Positions 9,174-20,264 are shown, counted from the stretch's first letter. The stretch is DNA of 64,000 nucleotides from an uncultured Aquifex sp. (GCA_964425585.1 CAYRMG010000002.1:15274-79273); one strand, 5' to 3'. The notes: generated by a model not told the origin, from the sequence alone. A program made the numbers and translations.

Positions 9174-10109
9174 ATGAAATTTCTTTTAATCCAGAGAAGG
9201 GCTTTAGGTGATGCTCTTTATACTTCTCTCGTTTCCGACGTTTTAAAGAAGGAATTTCCCGATGCGAAAATATACCTTCTTACTTTAGAGCCTCTTTGCG
9301 AACTTATTGAAAATTTACCCATTGACCGATGTATAGCCTATAAATCGCTCGTAGATGCAGTAAAAAGAATAAGGAAGATTAAGCCCGATGTAGTTCTTGA
9401 CTATGAAGCTACATTTAAAACGTATCCCCTTGTAATTCTTTCCGGTGCAAAGAAGCGAATAGCTTTTTACAAAAAGAAAAGGGAAAAGCTTTTATATCCT
9501 ATATATACTGATTTGATTGACTACATAGACTACGGATTTACATTTTGGGATAGATTGAGGTTATTAAAGGCCTTAGAAGTGGATTATGAAAGGTATATAA
9601 AGAAAAGGTATCTGCCGAAAGTTTTCCCGAAAGGGTCTAAAAAGGAAAAGTATATTGTTATTACTCCGAAAGGTAAACTTAAGGGAAAAACGATATCCCC
9701 GGAGCGTGTGAAGGTTTTGTTTGATAAGCTTACAGATTTTTATGAGGTTAAAGTTTGTGTTGAACCAAAAGAAAAAGAATACACGGAACATCTGAAGTCT
9801 TTGGGTATTCCTGTTTTGAATCTTAATATGAGAGAGTTTAAGGAGCTGTTATCACGTTCCAAGGGGCTTATAACCGTTGAAGCTTTTCCGTATCATCTTG
9901 CATTGTTGCTTGGAATAAAATCCTTGGTTGTTCTCCAATCAACGGGTCCGTTCGTAAAGGAAACATTCGGATTGATAAGGTATCATAGACCTCCCCTTGA
10001 TTGTTTAGAATGCCATAAGAAAGTATGTCCGAAAGGAACGTATGAGTGCACCTTTACCATCGGTGAAAATAAGCTTATAAGGGAAGCCCTTGAATTCTTC
10101 AGCTCTTAA
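9174..10109 (+). CDS. Glycosyltransferase family 9 (LPS heptosyltransferase-like)
   Basis: LLIQRRALGDAL N-terminus; HLALLLG; C-terminal C-x2-C-x4-C-x5-C motif as in WaaF-like enzymes. Confidence 0.8.
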   Translation: MKFLLIQRRALGDALYTSLVSDVLKKEFPDAKIYLLTLEPLCELIENLPIDRCIAYKSLVDAVKRIRKIKPDVVLDYEATFKTYPLVILSGAKKRIAFYKKKREKLLYPIYTDLIDYIDYGFTFWDRLRLLKALEVDYERYIKKRYLPKVFPKGSKKEKYIVITPKGKLKGKTISPERVKVLFDKLTDFYEVKVCVEPKEKEYTEHLKSLGIPVLNLNMREFKELLSRSKGLITVEAFPYHLALLLGIKSLVVLQSTGPFVKETFGLIRYHRPPLDCLECHKKVCPKGTYECTFTIGENKLIREALEFFSS

Positions 10110-11256
10110 TATCGGAACAGTAAAGCTTCCTGAGAAGAACGGTTGCGTAGCTTCCCGGGGGTAGGGTAAAGGATAGTTTCATACTTTTTCCCTTATCCTC
10201 CAAGACTTTCAGTTCCTTCGGTTTAAAAAAGGCTTTTCTCACTCCATCGGAAAATAACTTTATCCCTATCCTTTCCGCCATTAGCGTCTTCGGAGTTATC
10301 CCTTCCTCCTGAAGAACTTCCCTTATAATGAGCTCTACTTTTTTGTTCTGAGGGGGATAATCCACTCCCAAGTAGGGAATCTCAAGGTCTTTTATTTCTT
10401 CCCATACTTTTTGATTCATCTCGTTAAAAAAGGCGAGTTCCCACTTCAAAAATGGAGTTTTACAGTGTTTCAAATAGCGGACTACAAAAGTATAAAGATA
10501 CCTGTTCCACAGATAGCTCTGGTATGCAAAGACAAACATAAGCCTTACATTTTTCGGGAGAACCATAAAGGCGTTCTTAAAACTCTCCCCCCTCCTCAGG
10601 GCTTTCACCACTTCTACTTCCGGTTCTGAACCCTTCGGCATAAGTTTGAGGAAAGTATCCCAGTCTCTCCAGGCTTTCCTTAACATCTTTTTCAGTCTCT
10701 TATCCCTCAGGGATGTGAGATACTCCTTCATAGCCTCCTCATATTGGTGTCTTAGAAGATACTTTATAACGAAATCATCCGCGTGTTTTACGGAGCCGAA
10801 TCTCTGTTCCCCGAAGTAATTTTCACAACCGTATTCCTTCACAAGTTCAAACATATTTTCAAAAATTCTTTTATGTTTCTTCGTAATCCCTTTTATTTTT
10901 ATTTCAAAGTAATTTCCCTCAATATCTCCGAGGTGAAGGGGCTGGTCGGAAAACCCGAGGAACTTAAGGGATACACCCTCATCTTCGTAATTTTTCATCT
11001 TTTCAAGAGTTTTATCGCTAAGGTTCTCAATCGCTATATACTGCTCCGTTAATGCCTTTTTATCCTTAAGTCCTGCAAAGCTTATGTTCTTTAAGGGAAT
11101 TCCGAACTTTCTTGATATCTTTCTGAGGGCTTCTATCGTTGTTTTGTTTACCTTCCTGAGAATAAAGTAAGCATACCTACCCTTTTCGCTTAGTTCAAGA
11201 CTCTTTATCTCTTTTACGTAAAAGTCCTCCGGATTTTCCTTAATCCTTATCTCCAT
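10099..11256 (-). CDS. truD: tRNA pseudouridine(13) synthase
   Basis: PEDFYVKE, FAGLKDKKALTEQ, NYFGEQRFG, FTLPPGSYAT motifs. Confidence 0.95.
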   Translation of the reverse strand: MEIRIKENPEDFYVKEIKSLELSEKGRYAYFILRKVNKTTIEALRKISRKFGIPLKNISFAGLKDKKALTEQYIAIENLSDKTLEKMKNYEDEGVSLKFLGFSDQPLHLGDIEGNYFEIKIKGITKKHKRIFENMFELVKEYGCENYFGEQRFGSVKHADDFVIKYLLRHQYEEAMKEYLTSLRDKRLKKMLRKAWRDWDTFLKLMPKGSEPEVEVVKALRRGESFKNAFMVLPKNVRLMFVFAYQSYLWNRYLYTFVVRYLKHCKTPFLKWELAFFNEMNQKVWEEIKDLEIPYLGVDYPPQNKKVELIIREVLQEEGITPKTLMAERIGIKLFSDGVRKAFFKPKELKVLEDKGKSMKLSFTLPPGSYATVLLRKLYCSDIKS

Positions 11257-11274
11257 CTTTAGGATAATTATCTT

Positions 11275-11928
11275 ATGGACGAAAAGAGGATAATGGCTCA
11301 GGTATTTTCAAACGTTGCAAAAATTTACGACATATTTCTCTCGGGCATTACCTTAGGGGGTATACACAGGTGGCAAGAAAGGTTAATAAAGCTTATGGGA
11401 GAAACAGGGTCTTGGCTTGATGTCGGAACTGGAACGGGTGAAATACTCTTAAAGCTAAAAAACTCAAAGCTGAAGGTAGGTATAGATATAGCTTTTGGAA
11501 TGCTAAAAAGAGCAAAGGAAAAGTGCGGAGATTGTTATCTTATTTTAGCGGACGGGGAGAATATGCCTTTTAAGAACGAAAGTTTTGACAGAGTTTCCCT
11601 TTCCCTTGTTTTTAGACATCTTCCCAGTCAAGAAAGCTTTCTGAAAGAAGCGGGAAGGGTTATGAAAAAAGGCGGAAGGATAGGCATACTGGATATAAGA
11701 AAGTTCTGGGGAAATAAGGTTTTATCCTTTCTTATGAAAACCCTTTTCCTTCCCCTAGGAATACTTATATTCGGAAAGGATAAATGGGATTTCTTTATTC
11801 ACTCCCTTGAAAAGAGTTTTACAATTGATGAAACAAAGAAACTACTTGAAGGAAACGGTTTTAAGACGATTGCAGTTGAAACAAAGTTTATGGGACTCAT
11901 TTACCTAATAGTCGGTGAAAAGGTTTGA
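11275..11928 (+). CDS. UbiE/MenG-like SAM-dependent methyltransferase
   Basis: VFSNVAKIYD, LDVGTGTG, ADGENMPF motifs. Confidence 0.8.
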   Translation: MDEKRIMAQVFSNVAKIYDIFLSGITLGGIHRWQERLIKLMGETGSWLDVGTGTGEILLKLKNSKLKVGIDIAFGMLKRAKEKCGDCYLILADGENMPFKNESFDRVSLSLVFRHLPSQESFLKEAGRVMKKGGRIGILDIRKFWGNKVLSFLMKTLFLPLGILIFGKDKWDFFIHSLEKSFTIDETKKLLEGNGFKTIAVETKFMGLIYLIVGEKV

Positions 11929-11929
11929 T

Positions 11930-12004
11930 TGGAGGCGACGGGCGGATTCGAACCGCCGTAAAGGGGATTTGCAGTCCCCCGCCTAACCGCTCGGCCACGT
12001 CGCC
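11930..12004 (-). tRNA. tRNA-Cys (GCA), CCA encoded
   Basis: Reverse complement GGCGACG-TGGCCGAGCGGTTAGGC-GGGGGA-CTGCAAA-TCCCCT-TTAC-GGCGG-TTCGAAT-CCGCC-CGTCGCC-T-CCA folds as a cloverleaf. Confidence 0.96.
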
Positions 12005-12022
12005 TAACTAATTAATATTATA

Positions 12023-12050
12023 TTGCTTTTTTACGAAAAATCTTTAGAAT
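12023..12050 (+). promoter_or_regulatory. Putative sigma70 promoter of the DEAD-box helicase operon
   Basis: TTGCTT-16 nt-TAGAAT; overlaps a divergent TATAAT (12017-12022, minus strand) upstream of tRNA-Cys. Confidence 0.5.
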
Positions 12051-12110
12051 AAAGATAACCCATCGGGAGGGATATCTTCTCCTTCCGAATGGAGAAAAAA
12101 CTAAGGAGGA

Positions 12111-13196
12111 ATGATGTTTTCACTGCTCAAAGAAGAGATAAGAAAAGCTCTTGAAGAGCTAAATTACGAAACACCGACTCCCGTTCAGGAAAAAACTATC
12201 CCCTTGGCTCTTGAAGGAAAGGATTGTTTAATTCAGGCAAGGACGGGAACGGGAAAAACGGGAGCGTTCGGACTTCCGATATTGAACAATTTATCAAAGG
12301 GAGAAAAGGCTCTCATACTGGTGCCAACAAGGGAACTTGCACTCCAGATAAGGGATAACCTGAGGAATTACGGAAAGTATCTGAGAAAAAGGATTTACGC
12401 CTTTTACGGAGGAATAAAGGTATTCTCAAACCTGAAGATTCTCTCAACTCAAGATGTTGACGTTGTGATAGGAACTCCCGGAAGAATAAAAGACCTTATA
12501 GAGAGAGGAGCTCTTAAGCTTGATAACGTAAGGTATTTCGTTCTTGACGAAGTGGATGTTATGCTGGATATGAACTTCAAGGAAGATATAGATTTCATAT
12601 GCTCAAGACTCCCCGAAAAGAAACAGGTTTTCTTCGTTTCCGCAACTTTCCCGAAGGAGGTTATTGAACTCTCCGAAGAGTATACGAAAGATGCAACCTT
12701 TATAAGGGTTCAAACCAATCGGCTTGAGCCCAAGATAGAGGAAAAATTTCTCAAAGTTTTTTCCCATGAGGAAAAGCTTGATAACCTTGTGGAGGTTTTA
12801 AAAATACTTGAAAAGGTCATTGTTTTTGTAAACAGGAAAAAGGATGCCAAAATACTTGAGAATTACTTAAGAAGCCAAAATGTATCGGTTAAAGCCCTAC
12901 ACGGAGACCTCCCGCAAAAAAGAAGGGAGAGCGTTCTGAAAAGCTTTAGGGAAGGAAAGATAAGGGTTTTAGTGGCTACCGATGTAGCTTCAAGGGGGCT
13001 TGATATACGCGAAGTTGAAGCTGTAATTAACTTTCACCTTCCCGAAGACCCTAAGGTCTATCTCCATCGTATAGGAAGAACGGGAAGAATGGGAACAAAA
13101 GGAGTAGCGTTTAATTTTGTATCTCCCGAAGAAAGGAGAAATTACGAAAGGATTGAGCGCTTCAGGAGGAAGAAAAGAAATAATAAATCTATATGA
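12111..13196 (+). CDS. DEAD-box family RNA helicase (core only)
   Basis: Q motif TPVQ, GTGKT, PTRELA, TPGRI, motif II DEVD, SAT, HRIGRTGR. Confidence 0.92.
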   Translation: MMFSLLKEEIRKALEELNYETPTPVQEKTIPLALEGKDCLIQARTGTGKTGAFGLPILNNLSKGEKALILVPTRELALQIRDNLRNYGKYLRKRIYAFYGGIKVFSNLKILSTQDVDVVIGTPGRIKDLIERGALKLDNVRYFVLDEVDVMLDMNFKEDIDFICSRLPEKKQVFFVSATFPKEVIELSEEYTKDATFIRVQTNRLEPKIEEKFLKVFSHEEKLDNLVEVLKILEKVIVFVNRKKDAKILENYLRSQNVSVKALHGDLPQKRRESVLKSFREGKIRVLVATDVASRGLDIREVEAVINFHLPEDPKVYLHRIGRTGRMGTKGVAFNFVSPEERRNYERIERFRRKKRNNKSI

Positions 13197-14308
13197 GATA
13201 TTTCTTCAAAGATGTTCCCGAAAATCTATGGAGAAGCTACAACTGGCAGATACAAAACAGGATAAAGAGCCTTGAGGAGATAAAGAAGTATATAAACCTT
13301 CTTCCCGAGGAGGAGGAAGGAATAAAAAAAACCGCGGGGGTTTACCCCTTCGCGATAACCCCTTACTATCTTTCCCTTATAAATCCCGAGAATCCGAATG
13401 ACCCTATAAGACTCCAAGCGATACCAAGAGCGGTTGAGGTAGACCCGAAGATACAATCCTTCGGAGAACCCGATGCGTTAAAGGAAGAGGGAGATATTCC
13501 CGGTTTGACCCACAGGTATCCCGACAGGGTTCTTCTAAACGTTACAACCTTTTGTGCGGTTTATTGCAGACATTGTATGAGAAAGAGAATATTCTCCCAG
13601 GGAGAGAGAGCAAGAACAAAAGAAGAAATAGACAGAATGATTCACTACATAAGGAAACACGAAGAGATAAGAGACGTTCTAATATCGGGCGGAGAGCCTC
13701 TTTCCCTTTCAAATGAAAAGATTGAGTATATACTGAAAAGACTAAGGGAGATAAAGCACGTTGAGATTATACGTTTCGGAACACGCCTTCCCGTTCTCGC
13801 CCCGCAACGCTTTTACGACGATAAGCTTCTTGATATTCTTGAGAAATACTCTCCCATCTGGATAAATACCCACTTCAACCATCCAAACGAGATAACCGAG
13901 TATTCAGCGGAAGCGGTTGAAAGATTGCTCAGAAGAGGTATACCCGTAAATAACCAGACTGTTCTCCTGAAAGGGGTAAACGATAATCCCGAAACAATGT
14001 TAAAACTCTTCAGGGAACTTCTGAAGATAAAGGTAAAGCCCCAGTATCTCTTCCACTGTGACCCGATAAAGGGAGCGGTTCATTTCAGAACAACAGTGGA
14101 CAAAGGTCTTGAGATTATGAGATATTTGAGGGGAAGGATAAGCGGTTTCGGAATTCCTACCTATGCGGTTGACCTCCCGGGAGGAAAGGGAAAAGTTCCC
14201 CTTCTTCCTAACTATGTGGTAAAAAGGGAAGGAAATAAGTTCTGGTTTGAAAGTTTTACCGGGGAAGTTGTTGAATACGAAATTGAAGAGGTTTGGGAAG
14301 GATTTTAA
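13193..14308 (+). CDS. kamA: KamA-family radical SAM aminomutase (lysine 2,3-aminomutase/EpmB-like)
   Basis: THRYPDRVL, CAVYCRHCMR (CxxxCxxC), LISGGEPL, PGGKGKVPL (PLP lysine). Confidence 0.88.
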   Translation: MRYFFKDVPENLWRSYNWQIQNRIKSLEEIKKYINLLPEEEEGIKKTAGVYPFAITPYYLSLINPENPNDPIRLQAIPRAVEVDPKIQSFGEPDALKEEGDIPGLTHRYPDRVLLNVTTFCAVYCRHCMRKRIFSQGERARTKEEIDRMIHYIRKHEEIRDVLISGGEPLSLSNEKIEYILKRLREIKHVEIIRFGTRLPVLAPQRFYDDKLLDILEKYSPIWINTHFNHPNEITEYSAEAVERLLRRGIPVNNQTVLLKGVNDNPETMLKLFRELLKIKVKPQYLFHCDPIKGAVHFRTTVDKGLEIMRYLRGRISGFGIPTYAVDLPGGKGKVPLLPNYVVKREGNKFWFESFTGEVVEYEIEEVWEGF

Positions 14309-14320
14309 TATCCTAAAATT

Positions 14321-15112
14321 ATGGATAAGCTTATCCTCTGGAAAGAAAGAATAGAAAAGAAGCTTTATGAAATACTGGAACGGCTTCGGGGGCCCGAATC
14401 CCTAAAAGAAGCGGTAAAATACTACCCTCTCCAAAAGGGAAAGAGAATAAGACCCCTTTTTACCGTAGCGGTTGCGGACACGCTCGGAGGAAATGAAGAG
14501 GACGCTATTACCGTCGGATGCGGAATAGAGCTTATTCATAACTATTCATTAATCCACGATGACCTACCATCTATGGATAACGATACGTTGAGAAGAGGGA
14601 AGCCTACCTGTCACGTAAAGTTCGGGGAAGCCTTAGCACTTCTTGCGGGGGATGCCCTTCTTACTTACACCTTTGAGGTTTTATCGGATAAGACTAACTT
14701 CAGAACGCTCGGAGAAAGCGAAATACTTGAGATAATAAACGTGCTTTCTAAAAAATCAGGGTCTGAGGGTATGGTGGGAGGACAGGTTCTTGATGTAGAA
14801 GGATACGAAGACCTTTACGAAGTAAGTATAAAAAAGACGGGTGCCCTGTTTGAAGCATGCTTTATATGCGGCGGGATAATCGCAAAAAGAAGGGAAATGC
14901 TACGTGAGCTTGAGGATACGGGGAGAAAGGTAGGACTGCTTTTCCAGATGGTTGATGACTACCTTGATAAGGACGGCTTTTACACACTGAAAGGAGAAGA
15001 GCTCAGGGAAGATATAGAAAAGCTACATCGGGAAATACTAAGTATAAAACTAATAAAAGAGAGCAAAGAGTTAAAAGAGCTCATTGATATGATAAAAGGA
15101 CGGATAAATTAA
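14321..15112 (+). CDS. ispA: Polyprenyl diphosphate synthase (FPP/GGPP synthase)
   Basis: [14 protein letters not shown] (first Asp-rich motif), [15 protein letters not shown]. Confidence 0.9.
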   Translation: MDKLILWKERIEKKLYEILERLRGPESLKEAVKYYPLQKGKRIRPLFTVAVADTLGGNEEDAITVGCGIELIHNYSLIHDDLPSMDNDTLRRGKPTCHVKFGEALALLAGDALLTYTFEVLSDKTNFRTLGESEILEIINVLSKKSGSEGMVGGQVLDVEGYEDLYEVSIKKTGALFEACFICGGIIAKRREMLRELEDTGRKVGLLFQMVDDYLDKDGFYTLKGEELREDIEKLHREILSIKLIKESKELKELIDMIKGRIN

Positions 15113-15405
15113 TGAACCTTTCCGTTCCTCTGTTCCATTAATTTTTCCCACTCTTCGGGTGAAAGGACGCTTACGAACTTTTTCTTTCTTCTCGTTTCAA
15201 AGTGAACGTATCCATCTTTTAATGCAAAAAGCGTATAATCGGAACCCATTCCTACATTCTTTCCCGGGTATATCTTCGTTCCTCTTTGTCTGACTATAAT
15301 GTTCCCCGCTTTTACAAACTGTCCGTCATATCTCTTCACCCCTAACCTTTTGGATATACTATCCCTTCCGTTTTTTGTTGAACCACCGCTCGCTTTGCTT
15401 GCCAT
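15109..15405 (-). CDS. rpmA: 50S ribosomal protein L27
   Basis: [15 protein letters not shown]...[10 protein letters not shown]...[13 protein letters not shown]. Confidence 0.98.
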   Translation of the reverse strand: MASKASGGSTKNGRDSISKRLGVKRYDGQFVKAGNIIVRQRGTKIYPGKNVGMGSDYTLFALKDGYVHFETRRKKKFVSVLSPEEWEKLMEQRNGKVH

Positions 15406-15447
15406 GACCTTACCTCCTGAAATGTTTTATTATATTTAAAATCTACA

Positions 15448-17631
15448 ATGGTCAAAAAGATTTTTATCACCTTTGCGGGCTTAAGCCTTATTCTTCTTTT
15501 ATTCATCGGAGTCTTTCTTTACTCGGTTTACAAAAATCTCCCGAACCCGAAGCTTCTTGAAAAGTGGACACCTCCCCAGGCATCGGAGGTTTATGATGCA
15601 AAGGGAAGATTATACGGAACCATAGGCTTTCAAAAAAGATTTTACGTTACCCTTGATAAAATTCCAAAAAATGTAATAAACGCATTTATAGCGATAGAGG
15701 ACAGGAATTTTTGGAAGCATAAAGGTTTTGACCCCGTAGCAATATTAAGGGCTGCTTACGTTAACTATAAGGCGGGAAAGATAGTTCAGGGAGGGAGCAC
15801 AATAACCCAGCAACTCGCCAAGAACCTTTTCTTAACACCCGAGAGAACCGTATGGAGGAAGATAAAGGAAATCCTTCTTGCGGTAAAAATTGAGCGAACA
15901 TTCAGCAAGGAAAAAATCCTTGAGCTTTATCTGAACCAGATTTATCTCGGAAGCGGTGCTTACGGTGTTGAGGCTGCTTCACAGGTATACTTCGGGAAAC
16001 ACGTATGGGAACTTAGCCTTGAAGAGGCTGCTCTCCTTGCGGCACTTCCAAAGGCTCCCGCATACTATAACCCCTTCTATCATCCCGAAAGAGCACTTAA
16101 AAGGAGAAATCTGGTTTTATCCGCAATGCTTGAACAAGGCTATATAACCCGCACACAGTTTGAAGAAGCTGTGAACAAACCTCTAAATGTAAAGAAACAC
16201 AACAAATACAGGTTCTCCGACTACGTTCTTGATATGGTAAAAGAATACGTATTCAGAAAATACGGAGAACTCGCTTACAAGGGAAACCTTAAAATATACA
16301 TAACGATTGATAAAGATTATCAGGAACCTGCGGTAAAAAGTTTAAAAGAGGGACTTCTAAGAGTTGCGAAAACTATAGGTATACCTTACCTTCCCGAAAG
16401 TGAAGAGGACATGAAAATAGCTTATGAAAAGGAAAAAAAACTAAATAGGTTCAAAATCGGTAAAGTTTACGTTGCAAAAATCCTATCCTACGATGGAAAA
16501 ATAATGGAGGTGGAAATCCACGGAAGGAAGTTTTACGGGGAGATAAAAAACCTTCCGATAAAGGGGCACAAATACATATTTATAAGATACAAAGGAAAAG
16601 AGAAAGCGGAGATAATTCCAGACCTTGAGGGAAGTCTTGTAAGTATAGATGTAAAGACGGGAGAGATAAAGGCTCTCGTCGGAGGGAGAAGTTATTTATA
16701 CTCCCAGTTTAACAGAGCAACAAGAGCCCTCAGACAGCCCGGTTCCGCTATAAAGCCGATAATATACTTGGGTGCATTGCTCAAGGGAAAAACCCAGATA
16801 TCAATTATTGACGCAAGTCCGAAATCCTATTACGACCCATCAAGGGGTAAAGACTGGACACCGAAGAACTATGACGATAAAAAGTATAAAAATGTCACAC
16901 TCAGGTTTGCCCTTGCTCATAGCATAAACACAGCGTCCGTAAACCTCCTTGATGAAATCGGTTTTAAAATTGTCCTTGATGTGGGAAGAAAAGTAGGGAT
17001 TGATAATCTAAAACCCTATTACTCGTTAGCCCTCGGAACAATTGAGGTAACACCCCTAAAGCTTACAGCTGCATACCAAGTTTTTGCAAATCTCGGGGTA
17101 AGGTGTAAGCCCTTTTTCATAAAGAGGATAGAAGATAGAAACGGAAATATTCTTGAGGAGAATAAACCCGAGTGTAAGGAAGTCCTTCCCGCTCCCGAGA
17201 CGAGGGTTCTTGTTGATATGTTAAGGGCTGTTGTTCTTGAAGGAACGGCAAGGAGGGCAAAGGTTTTAAGGAAAGTGGTTGCGGGAAAGACGGGAACAAC
17301 CGATGATTATCAGGACGCTTGGTTTGTAGGATTTTCCCCGCACATAGTTACCGGCGTTTGGGTAGGATACGACGTTAAAAAATCTCTGGGAGAACACATG
17401 AGCGGGGCAAGAGTTGCACTACCCATATGGATTGATTACATGCGCTTCATTACCGAACTTTATCCCGATGAAGACTTTAAACTTCCTCCCGAGAACATAA
17501 TCGTCAAGATTAATCCGAAGGATTTAGTTCTTGCGGATGAAACCTGCGAAGGGGTTGATATGGCTTTTGTAAAGGGAACGGAACCCCACATAACCTGCTC
17601 CGACCTGAGAAGCATAATAGGTTTAAAATGA
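15448..17631 (+). CDS. mrcA: Penicillin-binding protein 1A (class A PBP)
   Basis: Transglycosylase EDRNF, GGSTITQQL, RKIKE; transpeptidase SAIK (SxxK), SIN (SxN), KTG. Confidence 0.93.
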   Translation: MVKKIFITFAGLSLILLLFIGVFLYSVYKNLPNPKLLEKWTPPQASEVYDAKGRLYGTIGFQKRFYVTLDKIPKNVINAFIAIEDRNFWKHKGFDPVAILRAAYVNYKAGKIVQGGSTITQQLAKNLFLTPERTVWRKIKEILLAVKIERTFSKEKILELYLNQIYLGSGAYGVEAASQVYFGKHVWELSLEEAALLAALPKAPAYYNPFYHPERALKRRNLVLSAMLEQGYITRTQFEEAVNKPLNVKKHNKYRFSDYVLDMVKEYVFRKYGELAYKGNLKIYITIDKDYQEPAVKSLKEGLLRVAKTIGIPYLPESEEDMKIAYEKEKKLNRFKIGKVYVAKILSYDGKIMEVEIHGRKFYGEIKNLPIKGHKYIFIRYKGKEKAEIIPDLEGSLVSIDVKTGEIKALVGGRSYLYSQFNRATRALRQPGSAIKPIIYLGALLKGKTQISIIDASPKSYYDPSRGKDWTPKNYDDKKYKNVTLRFALAHSINTASVNLLDEIGFKIVLDVGRKVGIDNLKPYYSLALGTIEVTPLKLTAAYQVFANLGVRCKPFFIKRIEDRNGNILEENKPECKEVLPAPETRVLVDMLRAVVLEGTARRAKVLRKVVAGKTGTTDDYQDAWFVGFSPHIVTGVWVGYDVKKSLGEHMSGARVALPIWIDYMRFITELYPDEDFKLPPENIIVKINPKDLVLADETCEGVDMAFVKGTEPHITCSDLRSIIGLK

Positions 17632-18767
17632 ACTGGATTGAAGAGGAACTGAAAAGGTTAAAGAGGGAAAATCTATATCGGGAAAGGATAGTTTTGGAGG
17701 GATTAAGGGATTTCTGTTCTAACGACTACCTCGGTCTCAGTAAACATCCCGAAGTTATAGAAGCAAGTGAAAAAGTTTTAAAAAAGGTAGGTCTAGGCTC
17801 GGGAGCTTCTCAACTCGTTTCGGGATACACAAGGTATCACAGAGAACTTGAGGAAAAGCTGGCGGATTTTAAAAAGGTCGAAAGATGCGTTTTATTCGGA
17901 AGCGGGTATCTTGCAAACGTCGGGGTCATACCCTCTTTGGTGGAAAAGGGAGACTTAATTATGAGCGATGAATTAAACCATGCATCAATTATAGACGGTA
18001 TTCGCCTATCAAAGGCCGATAGATACGTGTTTAAACATCTAAATTACGATGAAGTTGAGGAGTTTTTAGAAAGGAATAGAAGTAAATACCGAAAAGTTTT
18101 GATAATAAGCGATACGGTTTTTAGCATGGACGGAGATATAGCAAACCTTAAAAGACTTACCGAGATATGCGAGAAATACGACTGTATGCTGTATTTGGAC
18201 GAAGCCCACGCAACCGCAACTATAGGAAGGGGAGGCCTTGATTACTTTAGTATTCCCTTCAAAGATTACATAATAGTTATGGGAACACTTTCAAAGGCAC
18301 TCGGGGGATACGGGGCGTTTATTTGCGGTTCCGAAAAGCTTATTGAGTATATAATTAACAAGGCTAGAAGCCTTATATTTTCTACTTCCCTACCCCCTTC
18401 GGTATGTGCGGGAGTAAAAAAGGCTATAGAAATTGTGGAAGAAAATCCATCACTTATAAAAAAATTAAGAATCGTAGAAAAAAAACTTATAGATATTTTC
18501 AAAAAACTTGAGTTGAATTTCAAATACCACAAAACGCCTATAATTCCCGTAATTGTTTATGATGAAGGAAAAGCCCTAAAAATTAGGAATGAGCTTATGA
18601 GGGAGGGAATCTTCATCCAGGCTATAAGATACCCCACTGTTCCGAAAGGGAAAGCAAGGCTCAGATTAACCGCCTCCCTGAACTACACAGAAGAAGATTT
18701 AAATCTTTTAAAGGAAGCCTTGGAAAAAATTGTAGAAAAGGAAAGAGGACTCAGAAGGACCAGTTGA
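17628..18767 (+). CDS. bioF: 8-amino-7-oxononanoate synthase
   Basis: [46 protein letters not shown]. Confidence 0.92.
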   Translation: MNWIEEELKRLKRENLYRERIVLEGLRDFCSNDYLGLSKHPEVIEASEKVLKKVGLGSGASQLVSGYTRYHRELEEKLADFKKVERCVLFGSGYLANVGVIPSLVEKGDLIMSDELNHASIIDGIRLSKADRYVFKHLNYDEVEEFLERNRSKYRKVLIISDTVFSMDGDIANLKRLTEICEKYDCMLYLDEAHATATIGRGGLDYFSIPFKDYIIVMGTLSKALGGYGAFICGSEKLIEYIINKARSLIFSTSLPPSVCAGVKKAIEIVEENPSLIKKLRIVEKKLIDIFKKLELNFKYHKTPIIPVIVYDEGKALKIRNELMREGIFIQAIRYPTVPKGKARLRLTASLNYTEEDLNLLKEALEKIVEKERGLRRTS

Positions 18768-20094
18768 GTCCTATACCTATGGAGTGTTGGAACATTTTTG
18801 CGGAAACCTCCGCCCCACCTCCGGCCATTTTTGCAGTTTCCGTGTTTGGAAAGGCATAAACGTAAGAAAGGTCTAAGTCAAAGTTATTTGTAACCTTCCA
18901 GTTAAGTCCTAAGGTAAGATGGTGTTCCGCTATAGCGGGGAATCCCACGAGGTTAAACCAGTATAATTCGTAGTCAGAAAACTTAGCATCAAAGTTGGGA
19001 ACACGGTTCTTTCTGTTCATACCGTCAAGGTTATCCTTACTCCTTATAGGAGATTTTCCGTAATTCCAACCTGCTCTTAAAGCTAGGTTCTTTAAAGGTT
19101 TATACTCACCACCTATCCCTATAACCCACTGATCTTTCCAATCAAAGTCTCCGTATCCGTCCGCTCCGGACCAGTCAATCCACCTTATGTCTAATCCTAC
19201 CTTGAGGTTTTCAAGGGGCTTTACACCTACACCCACCGCCACTTCTTGGGGTTGTTGGAGCTTCATATCCTCAAACTTGCCGTCTCCGTTGCTGTCAAAA
19301 ACGTTCTTATACTTCATGGATATAGGGGACTGGTAGTAAAGACCGCCGTAGATAAAGTCTCCCAAGTTCAACGCAATACCTACACTTAACCCTATCCCGA
19401 AATCTTGTGATTGACCTCCCGAAGCGTTCCAACATCTTTGTGGTGCCGGTAGTCTATCACCATCTCCATCACCCAGTTCACACAGTTCAGCACCTACATC
19501 CAATGAACCCCAGGCTATGTGAAGTGCACCGCCTACGGATATCATTTCATTTACTTTGTATGCTATACTCGGTGTAATTCTCATGAACTGGAAGGTCGTG
19601 TGCATTTTTGAGAGGGCATTTGTGTATCCGAGAGGGGTTCTGACAAGTTGTTTATCCCTGAAATCTACGCCCATACCAGAAACACCAAAGGCACCTATAC
19701 CGACCGCAAGTTTTTCGTTAATTTTATGAACTATTCCCACTTCGGGAACAACAAAGGTGTCCGCATTGCTCTTTACCCTCCCCCGTGTTCCGAATGTCAT
19801 AGGACCGCTGTTAGAGTCACGATCATTTGCATCCATTATCATCTTTGAACTCACTTTAACATTCGGCATAAAAAGTATTCCGCCGAAGCTCAGGAAGAAC
19901 TTTTTTGTGTTGTAATAAGGCATCCATGCGGGGTTTCTGAATATGGAGTCTATGGGCCCTACGGGCATTCCCGTTCCTATTCCCCCCATTCCCCGAGAAG
20001 CCGGACCTATTCCTATGAGATTATCCCCGTTCGTGGCAAGAACAAAGGGAGATAAAGCTAAAATTGAACCCAGAGCCAAAAGGCTTTTTTTCAT
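18751..20094 (-). CDS. FadL/OmpP1/TodX-family outer-membrane beta-barrel transporter
   Basis: Signal peptide; ASRGMGG and FRNPA N-terminal hatch motifs; amphipathic beta-strands; C-terminal GLNWSF. Confidence 0.82.
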   Translation of the reverse strand: MKKSLLALGSILALSPFVLATNGDNLIGIGPASRGMGGIGTGMPVGPIDSIFRNPAWMPYYNTKKFFLSFGGILFMPNVKVSSKMIMDANDRDSNSGPMTFGTRGRVKSNADTFVVPEVGIVHKINEKLAVGIGAFGVSGMGVDFRDKQLVRTPLGYTNALSKMHTTFQFMRITPSIAYKVNEMISVGGALHIAWGSLDVGAELCELGDGDGDRLPAPQRCWNASGGQSQDFGIGLSVGIALNLGDFIYGGLYYQSPISMKYKNVFDSNGDGKFEDMKLQQPQEVAVGVGVKPLENLKVGLDIRWIDWSGADGYGDFDWKDQWVIGIGGEYKPLKNLALRAGWNYGKSPIRSKDNLDGMNRKNRVPNFDAKFSDYELYWFNLVGFPAIAEHHLTLGLNWKVTNNFDLDLSYVYAFPNTETAKMAGGGAEVSAKMFQHSIGIGLNWSF

Positions 20095-20264
20095 CCCCTT
20101 TCACCTCCTATAAGCTTATTTAAAAAATTTTTCCCTTTATTTTTAATAGTTTTTCGTTATTTCTTCTTGATTTTCGCTTATATAAAAACTTTAGAATATA
20201 GTATTATTTTTATTTCCTCCCTCATTTGTTTTAAGAGGTTTAAAATTTTGTATGGAGGTAGAAA

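Noticed and set aside
10000-10050. CxxCH (CLECH) in the GT9 protein as a heme c site
   Set aside because: Cytoplasmic enzyme with no signal peptide; the motif is part of the Cys cluster common in heptosyltransferase-like C-termini.
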